From Alphaproteobacteria bacterium (lineage in GTDB: Bacteria > Pseudomonadota > Alphaproteobacteria > RF32 > CAG-239): a DNA stretch of 64,000 nucleotides. Of the stretch, positions 28,300-38,563 are shown in pieces (position 1 is the stretch's first letter; each line of letters begins with the position of its first letter). The DNA is taken from assembly GCA_045603405.1 (NCBI GenBank), contig JAZUMA010000032.1:64102-128101 (forward strand), read 5' to 3'. The translations under genes were made by a program, and so were the position numbers. The notes under the pieces are model-generated. The model had not been told where the DNA came from, searched no databases, and saw only the letters and a program-made list of their open reading frames with translations.

Positions 28300-29244
28300 C
28301 TACTCTCTGGATCGTAAGACATTATCTAAGCTCAAGAAACGATGAGCAAGTTGCTCTAAAAAAGCAAAATCGGGTTGAACCCTAAAAATTTTTGCCTTAA
28401 CATAGCGTAAAAAATCAGCTGTCCAATAAGGATGGTTAAAATTTTTTTTAACAAATTTCCAGTTGGCAGATAAAGCTTTCATATAGATCAACGCTGCAAC
28501 ATCTTTATCCAAATCTTCGTAGTAGTCAAGCAACATATCGTAGTGAGCAAAAAAACGATCGTTATCTAACTGAACAGTATTTTTACTTAAATTATTCGTT
28601 TCTTTTGGCACTAACACAACATCAGCAAATATCTTAATAACACCCTTAGCTAGTCTGGCAGCTCTAAGTGGAATACTCTCATCTTGTATAAATACACGCG
28701 TATCAGCGCCACCGGCTTTTTGAATGACTTTTCGTCGTATTAACTGTCCCATACGCGTAAAACGCCCTTTTAAAATAGCACGCATAGCATCTTCTTTATA
28801 ATTGTATTGAAAATCTTCGGACATTTTTTCATGACAAATACTTTCAGGTTCTGCCCCCGTCTTTTTGAAACATCCGTAGACCATATCAGCATTATGTTTT
28901 AAGGCTAATTTTAGCATAATTTCCGTAGAATTAAGCGGTAGAATATCATCAGAATCAAGCATCCGAACCCAATCACCATGAGCTAATTTAATTCCTTGAT
29001 TTATAGAAATAGATGTCCCATTATTTATATTTTTAGTAACTATTGTTACATTTTTTATATTTTTTGTTTTTTTATGAATAATATCAACCGAATGATCACT
29101 TGATACATCATCAACAAATATAAATTCAGGATTTTTCAAACCGGTTTGATTTAACAGAGCTTCCAAGACCGCCGGTAAATAATACTCTTTATTATAAACG
29201 GTCATAACAAATGAAACATCAATTTTTTTATTACTTACGGTCAT
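28300..29244 (-). CDS. family 2 glycosyltransferase
   Basis: It contains VSFVMTVYNKEYYL, VDDVSSDHS, and DSDD (the DxD motif). Confidence 0.8.
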   Translation of the reverse strand: MTVSNKKIDVSFVMTVYNKEYYLPAVLEALLNQTGLKNPEFIFVDDVSSDHSVDIIHKKTKNIKNVTIVTKNINNGTSISINQGIKLAHGDWVRMLDSDDILPLNSTEIMLKLALKHNADMVYGCFKKTGAEPESICHEKMSEDFQYNYKEDAMRAILKGRFTRMGQLIRRKVIQKAGGADTRVFIQDESIPLRAARLAKGVIKIFADVVLVPKETNNLSKNTVQLDNDRFFAHYDMLLDYYEDLDKDVAALIYMKALSANWKFVKKNFNHPYWTADFLRYVKAKIFRVQPDFAFLEQLAHRFLSLDNVLRSRE

Positions 29245-29309
29245 AATTCTATCTCATCAAAACACTTGTTGCTATGATATTATCTAAAAAATAATTTGCA
29301 ACTAAAAAG

Positions 29310-30044
29310 TTAAAAATTTGCGTGGCTTACTTCATTGTTATCTTTATAAATAACCAAACGTATCAAATTACCTTTTTCATCAAATTCTTTGGAGGTCCCT
29401 TGCAATAAATCATTTTTTCTGTAAGCAAGTATATGTGGTTTGCCGTTTTTATAATAAGAGAAAGCCGGACCGTTTCTTTTTCCGTTTACATATTCCGTAT
29501 AAGCAATAAGGTTATTCTTTTTTGTATAAAAACGAGCCGGGCCGTTTTCTTTACCTTTGGCATAAGTTATAGAACTTTTAACTCCTCCGTGGTCATAGTA
29601 TTCTTCAAATACACCGTTCTTTTTACCATGAATATAACTTCCTTTTTGCCTTAAATAACCATTTTCATAAAAAGCTGTTTGTCCGCCGTTAAGTTTCCCT
29701 TTCTCATAGTTAAAGACTTCATTTTCTTGTCCGTTATCATAATAACTAATGGTTTTACCATGTGGTAAGCCGTTTTTATATTGAGCAACCAAAATAGGGC
29801 TTCCTTTTTTATTATATGCTTTATAGATACCATGTATTTTACCATCAACATAATGAATTTCTTCTAATAATTGCATTTTTTTACTGTATTTATGGTAGAT
29901 TCCTGTAATTGGGCGATGATTGGCATCAACGCGTACATCATTTTCTTCAATAGATGTTTCATCTGTATAAAGAGTGGTAAGTTGTCCTACAGCGCAGTTA
30001 TTTAGTAAAAGGGAAGCCCAAATCACAAAAAGTATTTTTTTCAT
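29310..30044 (-). CDS. MORN-variant repeat (YwqK-like) lipoprotein
   Basis: The signal MKKILFVIWASLLLNNC is followed by about 7 repeats of the form Y.NG...G....Y..NG. Confidence 0.65.
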   Translation of the reverse strand: MKKILFVIWASLLLNNCAVGQLTTLYTDETSIEENDVRVDANHRPITGIYHKYSKKMQLLEEIHYVDGKIHGIYKAYNKKGSPILVAQYKNGLPHGKTISYYDNGQENEVFNYEKGKLNGGQTAFYENGYLRQKGSYIHGKKNGVFEEYYDHGGVKSSITYAKGKENGPARFYTKKNNLIAYTEYVNGKRNGPAFSYYKNGKPHILAYRKNDLLQGTSKEFDEKGNLIRLVIYKDNNEVSHANF

Positions 30045-30169
30045 CATCAATTCCAATCATAAATTGACACATTAATAAAAAGAAAAAAGATAAATATCAA
30101 TTTTTTTTATATGATATCCTAAAGAAAACAAAAAGCGTCTGCTAATTACATTATAGGTCAAAATAAAAC

Positions 30170-30766
30170 TTATTTTTTCTTATATCCGACAGCCATAGTA
30201 ATAACAACCTCTTTTTCATCATCAAATTTTAGAGCTTTATTAACAGCATTTCTGTCATAGGCCCCGCGTACAACACAAGCTAAATTATTCGCACTACAAT
30301 AAAGTCCTGCATTTTGATACATAGAACCGGCATGCATGTCACCGAATTTTTTATCTTTAGTGACAAATAGTAAATGAACAGGTGCATTAACAGCATAATC
30401 TTGTTCTTTTCCGACCAAGCCTCTTAAATCGGTGTTGTCAATTTGTTTTAACAGATTCTGATGAGCATCATAAATATAAACACCGCTTGCAAGTAACACA
30501 TAAAGTTCCATTTCCTGCAAATTACGCGCCGTTGGTATAACTCGTTTTCCATCATCTGAAGAAATTCCCCAAGTTACCCATAATAAATTACTTAAATCCT
30601 GATCAGAGATCATTTGAGTATCAATCATTCTTTCAGCTCTTCTATTTTTTACAGCATCCATTAAAGGTATACCGCCATTTGTTTCCGGTGTTTTTAGTTG
30701 AATGTCTGCAGCATAAACGGTTGTCGCACTCAACATAAACAAAACCATCAATAAAAATTTTTTCAT
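30170..30766 (-). CDS. secreted nitroreductase/SagB-type family protein
   Basis: The start was reset to MKKFLLMVLFMLSATTVYA (a signal peptide). The body (RR..ISDQDLSNLLWVTWGIS..R.IPTARN) resembles the nitroreductase fold. Confidence 0.5.
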   Translation of the reverse strand: MKKFLLMVLFMLSATTVYAADIQLKTPETNGGIPLMDAVKNRRAERMIDTQMISDQDLSNLLWVTWGISSDDGKRVIPTARNLQEMELYVLLASGVYIYDAHQNLLKQIDNTDLRGLVGKEQDYAVNAPVHLLFVTKDKKFGDMHAGSMYQNAGLYCSANNLACVVRGAYDRNAVNKALKFDDEKEVVITMAVGYKKK

Positions 30767-30923
30767 AGCAATCTCCGTAATATAATCAGTCTGCCATAAG
30801 TATAGACTTAAAAAATAAAAAAACAGTAAAAAATGAAATTGTGGCAAAAATAACTTATTACTTGCGAAATCATTAAAAATATGCAAAACTGTAAACATTA
30901 TAAAATCCGAAACGGAGAGAACA

Positions 30924-31670
30924 ATGGCAAAAGAAAAAATTTACATGGTAACAGGTGCGGCAGGAACAGTCGGGCAGCATTTATTAACACATTTGGTCAA
31001 TAATGGTTGTAAGGTATTAGCAATAGGGGATACATCGGATTCGTTCTCTCCGGAAGTGTTAAAAAACCGCCATATAAAAGTAACGACGGCTTTGCCGATA
31101 TGTGCGGAACATTTTAAAAAAAATGATGTACAATTTTGCTTTGGTGATATGGGAGATATATCTTTTTGGGCTTCAGTTTTTGCCGCAGCAGATAAAGGAA
31201 ATATTGAAATTGAATTTCTTTTCCATCTTTCAGGTAATAAACTCATACAAAAACACTCTCCGGCAGCCTATCATCCGGAATATGGAGCTGCAGTAAATTT
31301 ACTGGAAGTAGCCAGAGCTTATTGGCAGGAACATAAAAAAACATTTAAAGGTTTCTTTTATGCCGCGGATACAGGTAAAAAAACATCTAAACAGATTGAA
31401 AAGTTGATTGAAAAAATAAAAGAAAAAGATAATTTTCCCGCTGTTATTTATTACACTTCTCCAGTTACAATGATAGGCAACGGATATAACGGAAAGACAC
31501 CTTTTTCTTTACTTTATAGAGTTGTAACCCCAATAAAACCGGTAAACGGTCAGCTGGCATGGAAAAAAGAAGCAGATGATGAGTTAAGTTATATTGCCGG
31601 TTTAAAAAAGGCGACAGATAAAATTTTAACTCAGATAGCCGAGAAAAAAAAGATTACCTTAGAGAATTAA
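30924..31670 (+). CDS. NAD(P)-binding Rossmann-fold protein (SDR/epimerase-like)
   Basis: The N-terminus carries VTGAAGTVGQHL (a TGxxGxxG motif). Confidence 0.5.
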   Translation: MAKEKIYMVTGAAGTVGQHLLTHLVNNGCKVLAIGDTSDSFSPEVLKNRHIKVTTALPICAEHFKKNDVQFCFGDMGDISFWASVFAAADKGNIEIEFLFHLSGNKLIQKHSPAAYHPEYGAAVNLLEVARAYWQEHKKTFKGFFYAADTGKKTSKQIEKLIEKIKEKDNFPAVIYYTSPVTMIGNGYNGKTPFSLLYRVVTPIKPVNGQLAWKKEADDELSYIAGLKKATDKILTQIAEKKKITLEN

Positions 31671-31833
31671 TGCCTAAAATGCTTTTGTCAAAAAAAAATA
31701 ATTATTTTCTTACAATGGGTTAATTTTATATATTTTCAAGCCGACAAAAAACAATTGACAATATTATAATTTTTTGTTAATAAAAAAAGCGAAAGTTTAC
31801 TATTTTATTAACCAATTATTTATCTTATTAATT

Positions 31834-32556
31834 ATGAAGAAGTTTTTATTCGCGGCTGCGATAGCGATAGTATTGGCAGCCTTTATCGGTTCTTGCACTC
31901 AGAAAAAAGAAGAAACAAAGGTCCCTGAGGGTACCCCCATCGGCGCGCTCTTCTTGGTGACAAAAGATGATAGCACCAAGGTGCTAAAAGACAGCACAGG
32001 TTATGGAATCGGTGACATCTACACGGATGTATCAATTGATTCCAACGGGTTCATCGTCGCAGTCAAGCAAGATGGCGATATGGACTTGATGACCGCCAAG
32101 GGGGCAACATTCGCCCACTGTACAGAATATAGCATTCTGCCTTACTACCAGACCACCGACAAGGCCAGCGACAAGAAATTCGTCGCCACCACGGTTGGAA
32201 GCAACGGTAACCACCTGGCTTTTGATTTTGATACCCAGAAGCGTCTGGTTGACGTGGAGGGTATCAAAGACGTCACATTGCCACTTGACAATGGCTATGT
32301 GATATTTAAGATTAAAGGTAAGTGGGGTGTGGCCAAGCAGGATGCCTCAGAGCCTCTTTTTGGGGCTACGGCTACGGCTGTCGGCGTAGTTACCACTACG
32401 CAGGGAAGGATATATTTTTATATCCAAAACTCACAAGGCTCTGGGCTGTATGATGAAAAGGGAGATGGCATTAAATACGCCACTCCAAAAACGATTGGCG
32501 GAAAAGAACTCTGGAAAGTGGGGTCATGTTTTGCCCGTGTGGTTAATAATATTTGA
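31834..32556 (+). CDS. lipoprotein of unknown function, strongly GC-shifted
   Basis: The start was reset to MKKFLFAAAIAIVLAAFIGSC (lipobox). It has a KGKWGVAKQD WG-like repeat. Hand-counted 60-nt lines at 32101-32220 are 53-60% G+C, against about 25-40% for the neighbours. Confidence 0.6.
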   Translation: MKKFLFAAAIAIVLAAFIGSCTQKKEETKVPEGTPIGALFLVTKDDSTKVLKDSTGYGIGDIYTDVSIDSNGFIVAVKQDGDMDLMTAKGATFAHCTEYSILPYYQTTDKASDKKFVATTVGSNGNHLAFDFDTQKRLVDVEGIKDVTLPLDNGYVIFKIKGKWGVAKQDASEPLFGATATAVGVVTTTQGRIYFYIQNSQGSGLYDEKGDGIKYATPKTIGGKELWKVGSCFARVVNNI

Positions 32557-32569
32557 TCTCAACACAAAC

Positions 32570-32605
32570 AAGAAACTCCCGTTCCGTAAGGTTCGGGAGT
32601 TTCTT
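32570..32605. terminator. 12-bp hairpin between convergent genes
   Basis: aagaaactcccg / cgggagtttctt is a perfect stem. The U-tract is weak on the + strand and moderate on the - strand. Confidence 0.5.
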
Positions 32606-32612
32606 GTGCCTG

Positions 32613-33236
32613 CTATAAATATAATCTTTTTTCAATACCAACAGTTGTCGATTCACTATGTCCTGAATAGAGCAGGGTATTATCCGGTAATTTAAGCACT
32701 TTTTCTTTAATACTGCTTATAAGCTGTTGATAGTTTCCTCCCGGCAAATCTGTTCTGCCGTAACTGCTCTTAAAAATCGTATCGCCGGTAAAAGCTATAT
32801 GATTTTCATCATCATAATAAAGTACACTATCTGCGGTATGACCTGGAGTATGAATAACTTTAAGTTTAATATTTCTTTCTTTATCTGTAACCACTTCTTC
32901 ATCTTGCAAATATTGTGCATTATATAAACAAATTTCTTCACTCCAAACCGCGGAAAGATTCATTTCTCCGTTTTCTAAATAATCTTTACCGTTCTTATGA
33001 ATATAATATGGAATTTGTAATTCTTTAGCAATTTTCTCTACTGCACCGATATGGTCAAAATGTCCGTGTGTCAGTAATATTTTCTCGATTATCCAGTTAT
33101 TATCTTTTATTATACTTAAAAGTCTGCCGGCTTCTGCTCCTGGATCAATTAAAAATCCGTGTTGCGAGCTCTCATCAATATAAAAATAGGCATTAACGGT
33201 AATCATTTCCGTAACCGGTATTTGTTTAACAAACAT
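32613..33236 (-). CDS. MBL-fold metallo-hydrolase (glyoxalase II-like)
   Basis: It contains LLTHGHFDHIG (the HxHxDH motif) and a later TPGHT. The start was reset to MFVKQIP. Confidence 0.85.
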   Translation of the reverse strand: MFVKQIPVTEMITVNAYFYIDESSQHGFLIDPGAEAGRLLSIIKDNNWIIEKILLTHGHFDHIGAVEKIAKELQIPYYIHKNGKDYLENGEMNLSAVWSEEICLYNAQYLQDEEVVTDKERNIKLKVIHTPGHTADSVLYYDDENHIAFTGDTIFKSSYGRTDLPGGNYQQLISSIKEKVLKLPDNTLLYSGHSESTTVGIEKRLYL

Positions 33237-33353
33237 CTCATTCCTTTTTAAAATATCATAACCATAGCAAAGTCTAAATATAAAATATTTAAATAATGTA
33301 AATATAAAAAAGCCGGAATAAATTTCCGGCACATTCTTTTACGAATATTAAAA

Positions 33354-33707
33354 TTATTGCTGAACGGTAGCTGATTCTACATCAATTTCAATATTTTCAT
33401 TTCCGTTGCGATCAATTTCCCCCATTATTTGTACAGTACTTCCGGGAGTAGCCGCAACTCCAACCCAATCATCGTTATCAATTTCAACAATAACTTCACC
33501 GCTATTGTCTTTTAACTTGTATTTTTCATTTCCTAGATTTTCTGTAATCGTCCCGATAATCATAACGTTTGAATCATCAGGCATTTGCATGGCTTCGCTA
33601 ATAGTAACGGCCGTCATATTAGAATTATCAGCCATATCGTCAGCTTGCACTTGTAAAGCATAAACACCTAAACCGGCTAACAAAACAACAAATATTTTAT
33701 TCATCAT
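33354..33707 (-). CDS. YgiW/BOF-family periplasmic OB-fold protein
   Basis: It has a signal peptide (MMNKIFVVLLAGLGVYALQVQA), and YKLKDNSGEVIVEIDNDDW is typical of the family. Confidence 0.6.
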   Translation of the reverse strand: MMNKIFVVLLAGLGVYALQVQADDMADNSNMTAVTISEAMQMPDDSNVMIIGTITENLGNEKYKLKDNSGEVIVEIDNDDWVGVAATPGSTVQIMGEIDRNGNENIEIDVESATVQQ

Positions 33708-33828
33708 AAACTCCTTAAAATCATTATACCGTACACATAAATAGTAATGGTCAGATGATATTTCAATAAAACTATATTTTAACAAATAAAAGAAAAGAGA
33801 CAAGATTGATATCTTACCTCTATTTTTT

Positions 33829-34668
33829 TTAACTCAGTTTGTTTTTTAAGCTCGCCAATCTTTCGATTCTATCTTTTGTACTCGGGTGAGTCGCAAAAAG
33901 ATTAGAAAAACCGTTGGGAATTCCGCTGAAAGGATTGACAATAAACATATGCGCCGTTTGTGAACTCGCAGCTTGCATTTGATAATGTTTTGCAAAATCT
34001 TCTAATTTGGAGAGCGCAGACATCAACCACTCCGGATGTTTTGTTAAACGAGCAGCGCCTTCATCTGCAGCATATTCGCGTGTTCTGGAAATAGACATTC
34101 TGACAATCATCGCGGCAATAGGCATTAATACGGCAGCAATCAAAATAGCCGGATTTCTAGATCTGGAAGTGTTTTTGGAATTTATTAGGGAAATTTTTCC
34201 CAAATAAGCAACCGCTCCGGCAAACACAGCAGCAATAGATCCGGTTAAAATATCATAATGTTTAACATGACTCATTTCGTGCGCTAAAACACCTTCAATT
34301 TCTTCTTTAGAAAGGCTCTGTAATAAACCTTGTGTAGCAGCAACGGCTGCATGTTTAGGATTTCTTCCTGTGGCAAAAGCATTAGGAACTTGTTCCGGAA
34401 TAATATAAACTTTCGGCATCGGTAAATCGGCTTCTTTTGCCAAACGCTGCACAATATCATAAAGCACAGGTTCACTTCTTTCATTAACCTCTTTAGCCTT
34501 ATATTGTTTCAAAACCAATTTATCACTAAAGAAATATCCGTAAAAATTCATAGCTAAGGCTGCCCAAAAAGCAACTCGCATACCTTCTTCGCCGCCTAAA
34601 AGGTTGCCGACAAACATAAAGATTAAAAATAAGCAACCCATCAGGCATAAAGTTCTAAAACGTCCCAT
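33829..34668 (-). CDS. htpX: HtpX-family M48 zinc protease
   Basis: TM helices are combined with the HEMSHVKH zinc motif and an HPSTKDRIERL C-terminus. Confidence 0.9.
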   Translation of the reverse strand: MGRFRTLCLMGCLFLIFMFVGNLLGGEEGMRVAFWAALAMNFYGYFFSDKLVLKQYKAKEVNERSEPVLYDIVQRLAKEADLPMPKVYIIPEQVPNAFATGRNPKHAAVAATQGLLQSLSKEEIEGVLAHEMSHVKHYDILTGSIAAVFAGAVAYLGKISLINSKNTSRSRNPAILIAAVLMPIAAMIVRMSISRTREYAADEGAARLTKHPEWLMSALSKLEDFAKHYQMQAASSQTAHMFIVNPFSGIPNGFSNLFATHPSTKDRIERLASLKNKLS

Positions 34669-34881
34669 AGTAAAACCTCTCTGAAATATTTTAACAATGA
34701 AAATAATCTAAAACATTTTTTTTATTTCGCAATATATAATTGACAAGAAAATAAAAATCTTTTAAAAAAAGGTCGTTAGAGATTTAATATAATCTTAAAG
34801 ATTAACAAATATAGTGCAAATATTATAATTCAGGTTCGCTTGAATGTAATATTTTGTCTTAACATTTTAGAGGAAAACAAT

Positions 34882-37308
34882 ATGTCAGCAGTAAAAAAGA
34901 TTAGTAAAGCGGTATTACCCGCTTTGTTGGTTATGTTTGCGGGGCTGAAAGGCGCTTTTGCTTCAGAAATTGATTTAAAAGTTCCAATGTTGGATGTTGA
35001 TTATAATATCTGGGGAGTAGCGATTAACGGCGCACAAATTCTGACTTACGGTCTGGGTATCTGTGTATTAGGTTTGATTTTCGGACTTTATGAATTCATA
35101 AAGATAAAGAAAATGCCTGCACATGAATCAATGTTAAAAATTTCAAATTTGATTTATGAAACCTGTAAGACTTATATGAAACAACAAGCAGTACTTCTTT
35201 TGATATTAGAAGTATTTATTGCTGTTTGCATTTTTTATTACTTCTTTTATCTAAATAATACTCCGTTACCGAAAGTATTGACCGTTTTAGGTTGGTCTAT
35301 ATTAGGTATCTTAGGTTCGTATTGTGTGGCATGGTTTGGTATGCGTATTAATACCTATGCAAACTCTCGCACTGCCTTCTTATCCTTAAAGGCTAATCCT
35401 TACAACGTACAAAATTTACCATTGCGTTCAGGTATGTCTATTGGTGTTTTATTAATTTGTGTTGAATTAATAATGATGATTATCATTTTATTATATGTAG
35501 ACAGAGAAAGCGCCGGTGCATGCTTTATTGGTTTTGCAATTGGTGAATCTTTAGGCGCTTCGGCATTGCGTATTTGCGGCGGTATATTTACCAAAATTGC
35601 CGATATTGGTGCGGATTTAATGAAGATTATTTTCCGTATTGATGAAGATGATGCCAGAAATCCTGGAGTTATTGCCGACTGTACCGGTGATAATGCCGGT
35701 GACTCAGTCGGACCTACTGCTGATGGTTTTGAAACTTACGGCGTAACCGGTGTTGCTTTAATTTCATTTATTGTTTTAGCTGCCGGTATGCAATATATTT
35801 CAAATGGTGATTTAGCTTTAATGCAAAATGGTATAGATATTCAAGCACGCTTAATTGTTTGGATTTTCACTATGCGTGTTTTAATGATTTTAACGTCACT
35901 GGCCGCCTATGCAATTAATAATATTGGTTGCAAAGCCATATTTGGTAAAGCAAAATCATTTAACTTTGAAACACCTTTAACATCATTGGTTTGGGTTGCT
36001 TCTATAATTTCTATTATGATGACATTTGGGGTATCATATATCATGATTGGTGATATGGGGCCTGATTTATGGTGGAAATTATCGGTTATCATAAGTTGCG
36101 GAACATTCGCAGCAGCAATTATTCCGGAATTTACCAAAATCTTCACTTCATCAAAGTCTCAACATGTACAAGAAATTGTAAATGCCAGTCGTGAAGCCGG
36201 TGCATCATTAAACATAATTTCAGGTATTATTGCCGGTAATTTCTCAGGTTTCTGGAAAGGTTTGGTAATGGTTGGTTTAATGGCCGTCGCTTACTTTACT
36301 TCTAAAGAAGGTCTGGATGCATTTATGGTTTATCCGACAGTATTTGCTTTCGGTTTAGTTGCATTTGGTATGTTGGGCATGGGACCGGTTACCATTGCCG
36401 TAGACAGTTATGGTCCGGTAACAGATAATGCTCAATCCGTATTTGAATTATCTCAAATAGAGCAGATTAAAGGTATCAAAAAAGAGATTGAAAAAGATTA
36501 TGGCTTTACACCTGATTTTGAGACCGGAAAGCAATTATTGGAAGAAAACGATTCTGCCGGTAACACCTTTAAGGCAACTGCTAAACCTGTGTTGATAGGT
36601 ACAGCAGTGATTGGTGCAACAACGATGATTTTCTCAATCATTTTATTGTTAAATTTACAATTAAACCTGCTTGATCCGAATGTATTGTTTGGATTGATGT
36701 TAGGTGGGGCAATCATTTATTGGTTCTCCGGTGCATCAATGCAAGCGGTTTCAACCGGCGCTTACCGGGCTGTAAATTACATCAAAAAGCATATTAAACT
36801 GGATGGCAAAAAAGCAGCATCAATCGAAGATTCAAAAAATGTCGTTCGTATTTGTACAATATATGCACAAAAAGGTATGTTAAATATCTTTATTGTCATA
36901 TTCTCATTTACAATAGCTTTCGCTTGTTTTGATGCAAATTTATTTGCCAGTTATTTGATTTCAATTGCTGTTTTTGGTTTATATCAAGCATTATATATGG
37001 CGAATGCCGGAGGTGCTTGGGATAATGCCAAGAAGGTTGTTGAAGTTGATCTGCATGAAAAAGGTTCAGATTTACATGCGGCAGCAGTTGTTGGCGATAC
37101 AGTTGGTGATCCGTATAAAGATACATCATCTGTTGCGCTAAACCCAATTATCAAGTTTACAACGTTGTTTGGGTTATTGGCTGTAGAAATGGCTGAAAGT
37201 GCACCGCGCTGTGTATCTTTATCATTAGGCATAGCTTTCTTTGTTGTAGGCTTATATTTCGTCTGGCGGTCATTTTACCGTATGCGAATTGAGTCAACCA
37301 AAGATTAA
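34882..37308 (+). CDS. hppA: membrane-integral proton/sodium-translocating pyrophosphatase
   Basis: It contains GGIFTKIADIGADL, DNAGD, DSYGPVTDNA, NAGGAWDNAKK and VGDTVGDPYKDT. The start was reset to MSAVKKISK (ATG 34882). Confidence 0.95.
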   Translation: MSAVKKISKAVLPALLVMFAGLKGAFASEIDLKVPMLDVDYNIWGVAINGAQILTYGLGICVLGLIFGLYEFIKIKKMPAHESMLKISNLIYETCKTYMKQQAVLLLILEVFIAVCIFYYFFYLNNTPLPKVLTVLGWSILGILGSYCVAWFGMRINTYANSRTAFLSLKANPYNVQNLPLRSGMSIGVLLICVELIMMIIILLYVDRESAGACFIGFAIGESLGASALRICGGIFTKIADIGADLMKIIFRIDEDDARNPGVIADCTGDNAGDSVGPTADGFETYGVTGVALISFIVLAAGMQYISNGDLALMQNGIDIQARLIVWIFTMRVLMILTSLAAYAINNIGCKAIFGKAKSFNFETPLTSLVWVASIISIMMTFGVSYIMIGDMGPDLWWKLSVIISCGTFAAAIIPEFTKIFTSSKSQHVQEIVNASREAGASLNIISGIIAGNFSGFWKGLVMVGLMAVAYFTSKEGLDAFMVYPTVFAFGLVAFGMLGMGPVTIAVDSYGPVTDNAQSVFELSQIEQIKGIKKEIEKDYGFTPDFETGKQLLEENDSAGNTFKATAKPVLIGTAVIGATTMIFSIILLLNLQLNLLDPNVLFGLMLGGAIIYWFSGASMQAVSTGAYRAVNYIKKHIKLDGKKAASIEDSKNVVRICTIYAQKGMLNIFIVIFSFTIAFACFDANLFASYLISIAVFGLYQALYMANAGGAWDNAKKVVEVDLHEKGSDLHAAAVVGDTVGDPYKDTSSVALNPIIKFTTLFGLLAVEMAESAPRCVSLSLGIAFFVVGLYFVWRSFYRMRIESTKD

Positions 37309-37315
37309 TGCAAAG

Positions 37316-37349
37316 AAAAAGCGGTCAGAGAAATCTGGCCGCTTTTTTT
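37316..37349 (+). terminator. intrinsic terminator of hppA
   Basis: aaaaagcggtcag agaaat ctggccgcttttttt. Confidence 0.8.
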
Positions 37350-37359
37350 ATACAGAAAG

Positions 37360-37462
37360 CCACCCGCAAGGGGTGGTCTTTTTAATTTTCGCTCGCATAC
37401 TCATACCACAAGGGAAAACCTAAATAAAAGTAATGGGCGTCGAGCCGCCTCGACTGGTTGCG
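37360..37462. repeat. 103-nt direct repeat, copy A (uninterrupted). It contains a terminator-like hairpin and ends with the last 8 nt of tRNA-fMet.
   Basis: It is identical, apart from one T/C difference, to 40554-40577 plus 41273-41351. It starts with ccacccgcaaggggtgg and ends with tggttgcg, the complement of CGCAACCA. Confidence 0.9.
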
Positions 37463-37636
37463 CGCGACTAACAAAAAACGGAAACTTATACCAAGTTAAC
37501 ATATTGATTTTTAATGATAATTCAAATATGCATAAAATCACGATATTTCACCAATCTCCGCCCATCAAAAAATAGAAAATATTATTGAAATTAAAAATAA
37601 ATAAGTTAATATGAAAAAAACATTAAGAGGGGTGAA

Positions 37637-38563
37637 ATGTTTAGATTGTTTTCTCTATTAAAAAAAGAAATAAAACCATATAATAGCGGATATTTGCCAG
37701 AGCTGGATGGGCATCAAATACATTATGTGGAAATAGGTAATCCAAATGGCAAAATTGTATTATCTTTTCACGGTGGTCCTGGTGGAAGATCAAATCCACA
37801 ACGAGCAGATATTTTTGATTTAAAAAAATACAGAGTCATTATGTTTGACCAACGTGGTTGCGGTCAAACTATTTCTAAGGATTTATTATATAAAAATACG
37901 ATACAACAAACTGTATATGATGCCAAACGTGTATTAGATTTTTTAGAGATACAGGAAAAGGTGATTATACACGGATGTTCTTTTGGAACAGCTTGTGCAT
38001 TATTGTTTGCAAGCCAATACAAAGATAAAGTTGCAAGTATTGTTCTTTTGAGTGTCTTTTTGGGCAATACAGAATATGTGCACATGTTTGATGAAGTTTG
38101 CGCATTGTTTTATCCTGAGATAAAGCCGCTGTTTTTTAAAATATCGCAAGGAGAAAATGCTATTGATTATTTTTATCAGTGCGCTATTTCAAATGATGAA
38201 CAAAAGCAAAAAATAGCTTTACAATATTACGGAGCAATAGAGCACTTAATGGGATCAACTAAATGTACTTTTCCAGAAATAGAGGAAATTAATCAATGGA
38301 AGTTAAATAGTTTTAGGGTTTATATGCATTATATACAAAATAAGATGTTTTTACAAGAAAACGAGCTATTGGATATAGCTAGTACATTGGAAAATATTCC
38401 TGTATATATTTTTCATAATCGCTTAGATATGGTATGTCCAGTAGTTAACGCGTATGTTTTAAGTAAAAAGATACCTCAAGCGCATTTGCGTATAGTTGAA
38501 GACAGTGGACATATCAGTAAAAAGATGTTTGACTGTGCACAAACAACATTAACGACCATCTGA
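37637..38563 (+). CDS. pip: prolyl aminopeptidase (S33 alpha/beta hydrolase)
   Basis: It contains the HGGPGG motif, FDQRGCGQT, the GCSFG nucleophile elbow, and a C-terminal SGH. Confidence 0.85.
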   Translation: MFRLFSLLKKEIKPYNSGYLPELDGHQIHYVEIGNPNGKIVLSFHGGPGGRSNPQRADIFDLKKYRVIMFDQRGCGQTISKDLLYKNTIQQTVYDAKRVLDFLEIQEKVIIHGCSFGTACALLFASQYKDKVASIVLLSVFLGNTEYVHMFDEVCALFYPEIKPLFFKISQGENAIDYFYQCAISNDEQKQKIALQYYGAIEHLMGSTKCTFPEIEEINQWKLNSFRVYMHYIQNKMFLQENELLDIASTLENIPVYIFHNRLDMVCPVVNAYVLSKKIPQAHLRIVEDSGHISKKMFDCAQTTLTTI

